A DNA stretch of 27,419 nucleotides, from NCBI GenBank assembly GCA_016840035.1, contig JAEOTC010000073.1, forward strand, positions 1 to 27,419, in the 5' to 3' direction. The DNA is from Candidatus Hodarchaeota archaeon (lineage in GTDB: Archaea > Asgardarchaeota > Heimdallarchaeia > Hodarchaeales > Hodarchaeaceae). The position numbers and the translations under genes were made by a program. The notes below the pieces were generated by a model, which saw only the letters and a list, made by a program, of their open reading frames with translations, did not search any database and was not told the DNA's origin. Shown here piece by piece: positions 25,872 to 27,419 of this stretch; the first letter of the stretch is position 1; the number at the start of each line of letters is the position of its first letter.

Positions 25872-26384
25872 ATGGTTAAATCTGAAGATGTCCAGCAAAT
25901 CCAAAATGATTTGGAACTGGTTACTAAAACAGCCAAAGTATTAGCTACTAAATTAGAAAAAATTTCTCGAAGAATAGATGAAATGATGAAGTCAGTTGAA
26001 GGAGTTACGGGTTCAGCTGCTCAAGTACCTGTTTCTAAAGCCGCGCCTAAAGCTGCTCAACCAGTAAAACCTGCTCCGGCAGCACGGCCTGAACCTCGTG
26101 CACCAAAAAAGACAGCAGCATTTGATAGTACGAGTACCAAAGCAGGAAGATATCTTGATGCGTTTTTAACACAATTACAAGAGCTTAAAAGAGGAAGAGA
26201 GATATCTGAAGCTCTCTCCCAGCTACGAGATCAAGTTATGCAATCAGCAGAAGTGGGCTTTCATCCCGCATTTCATGAAATGGGAAGAGAAGCAAGTCGT
26301 CTAAAAAATATGAGTATCATTACGGAGGAAGAGAGAGAAGTCCTTATCGAGAAGGTTTATGACTGGAAAGATCGTATCGGTTAA
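25872..26384 (+). CDS. Hypothetical protein: N-terminal coiled coil, Pro/Ala linker, C-terminal helical domain (TTG 25866 is an alternative start)
   Basis: Heptad-like N-terminus, a PA-rich linker (KAAPKAAQPVKPAPAARPEP) and an amphipathic helical C-terminus. Confidence 0.8.
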   Translation: MVKSEDVQQIQNDLELVTKTAKVLATKLEKISRRIDEMMKSVEGVTGSAAQVPVSKAAPKAAQPVKPAPAARPEPRAPKKTAAFDSTSTKAGRYLDAFLTQLQELKRGREISEALSQLRDQVMQSAEVGFHPAFHEMGREASRLKNMSIITEEEREVLIEKVYDWKDRIG

Positions 26385-26409
26385 GATAATCATAATTTCG
26401 CTTTTTAAT

Positions 26410-26937
26410 TCAACCTGATCTTACATGATTTCCACATTTATTACAGAAAAACGCATTTCCAGGCAAGGTAGATCCACAAGAGGAGCATTTCCGCTTGTTA
26501 TCCATATAAGAAGAACTAGATGAAAACACTGGATCCTTCTCGGCCTCACTTGTTGCTGAAAATGGACTTGGACTAAATGGAGAGAAACTTGGGGGAGAAG
26601 AATCTTCAACGGGAGAATCGAAAAAGGAAGACTCCGTAGGAGAAGGTGAGGAAACCTGCTCTTCAGCAAAATCAACTCGACTCGCAAGATTATCTAATTT
26701 TTCTGAGATTTGAGACATAATTGGGAGAAATGGACAAGTAGCACCTTGACCTAAATCCATAGAAGTGGGAATAGAAGACGATTCAGGACTGATCAACTTA
26801 AATCCTATACGTAAGCCCTCTGATTTCTCATTGATAGCAATTCCTTGCTCAAGTAATCCACGGATCACCTCTTTCGCAGAATAAGCGCGGCCGCGAATTA
26901 GAATCCTTCCTGAGATCTGATCAAGGGGTTGATTCAT
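26410..26937 (-). CDS. Zinc-ribbon protein with a Ser/Pro-rich linker (ORF open to 26994)
   Basis: C-terminal CSSCGSTLPGNAFFCNKCG. GAGGA SD-like sequence before ATG 26937. Confidence 0.82.
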   Translation of the reverse strand: MNQPLDQISGRILIRGRAYSAKEVIRGLLEQGIAINEKSEGLRIGFKLISPESSSIPTSMDLGQGATCPFLPIMSQISEKLDNLASRVDFAEEQVSSPSPTESSFFDSPVEDSSPPSFSPFSPSPFSATSEAEKDPVFSSSSSYMDNKRKCSSCGSTLPGNAFFCNKCGNHVRSG

Positions 26938-27306
26938 GAGTTCGAGTCCTCTATTAAGTAAAGAGAATTCGAACATAATAAGAAAAAATATCATCTACGT
27001 ATTATTGAAATTTGGTTTAATGCTCAGATTGGTCAATTATTTAATGCAGATCCTTTTGAGATTATTTTACATTTATAGATTACGAGATCTGGAACAAATT
27101 CTCAAAGAAACAATGAATGACACTTATTTCGATCATCCTTTATTCTCTTGTAATCACATTTCCCCAGACAGTAGATTTACAATTTTTTTCGTTAATTACG
27201 AATTCCTTAAGAACAACATTTTTGAAAATGAATAATTTTTAAAAGGATAAGCTGAAAAGACTAGAAGTGACAAAAAAAAGCAAATTTCTAATGTTGAGGT
27301 GAAAAA

Positions 27307-27419
27307 ATGCCAGCGGCTTTCGTATTAGTTAATGCAGAAATTGGATCAGAAGATGATGTATTAGAAGAATTAAAGGGTACCAAAGGTGTTGTTGGTGCTT
27401 GGATTGTTTACGGTGTTTA
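27307..27419 (+). CDS. Stand-alone Lrp/AsnC ligand-binding (RAM) domain protein, 3' partial (not in the ORF track)
   Basis: MPAAFVLVNAEIGSEDDVLEELKGTKGVVGAWIVYGV... with a GAGGTGA SD at 27296-27302. Confidence 0.85.
   Translation, partial: MPAAFVLVNAEIGSEDDVLEELKGTKGVVGAWIVYGV

Noticed and set aside
26936-27235. 99-aa + strand ORF
   Set aside because: It spans an AT-rich divergent promoter region, has an I/L/F/N-biased composition, and shows no SD or motif.

Overview
AT-rich archaeal window. Gene content (Aeropyrum-type mevalonate genes, archaeal PGK, a MIT-Vps4-like ATPase, a stand-alone Lrp/AsnC domain) suggests an Asgard/Heimdallarchaeia-like genome, but this taxonomy is inference only. 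A mevalonate cluster (PMK-like kinase, phosphomevalonate dehydratase large and small subunits, UbiD-type AMP decarboxylase, mevalonate kinase) is split by a ~19.7-kb accessory block (~2304-21992). Main observations: (1) the dehydratase large-subunit gene is interrupted, inside the conserved NPAG-MD motif, by a 36-nt stop-containing insert that folds into a bulge-helix-bulge/loop structure. Cutting it at the canonical positions restores the protein exactly, so it is a candidate tRNA-endonuclease-type intron in an mRNA. (2) An inverted, mostly synonymously diverged 3' remnant of the small-subunit gene marks a replacement or inversion event. (3) The accessory block holds two paralogous secreted HEXXH metalloprotease plus membrane-anchored partner cassettes, each behind a TATA box with an identically placed 11-bp-phased TGTTAT array. 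It also encodes an Mrr-fold/wHTH regulator, a receiver-domain protein, a Walker-degenerate VirB4/HerA-like protein, membrane proteins, and an ESCRT-III-free Vps4-like ATPase whose convergent neighbour ends in a MIM2-like Pro motif. No tRNA, rRNA, CRISPR array or integrase was recognised. All family calls come from motif recognition by eye, not database searches.
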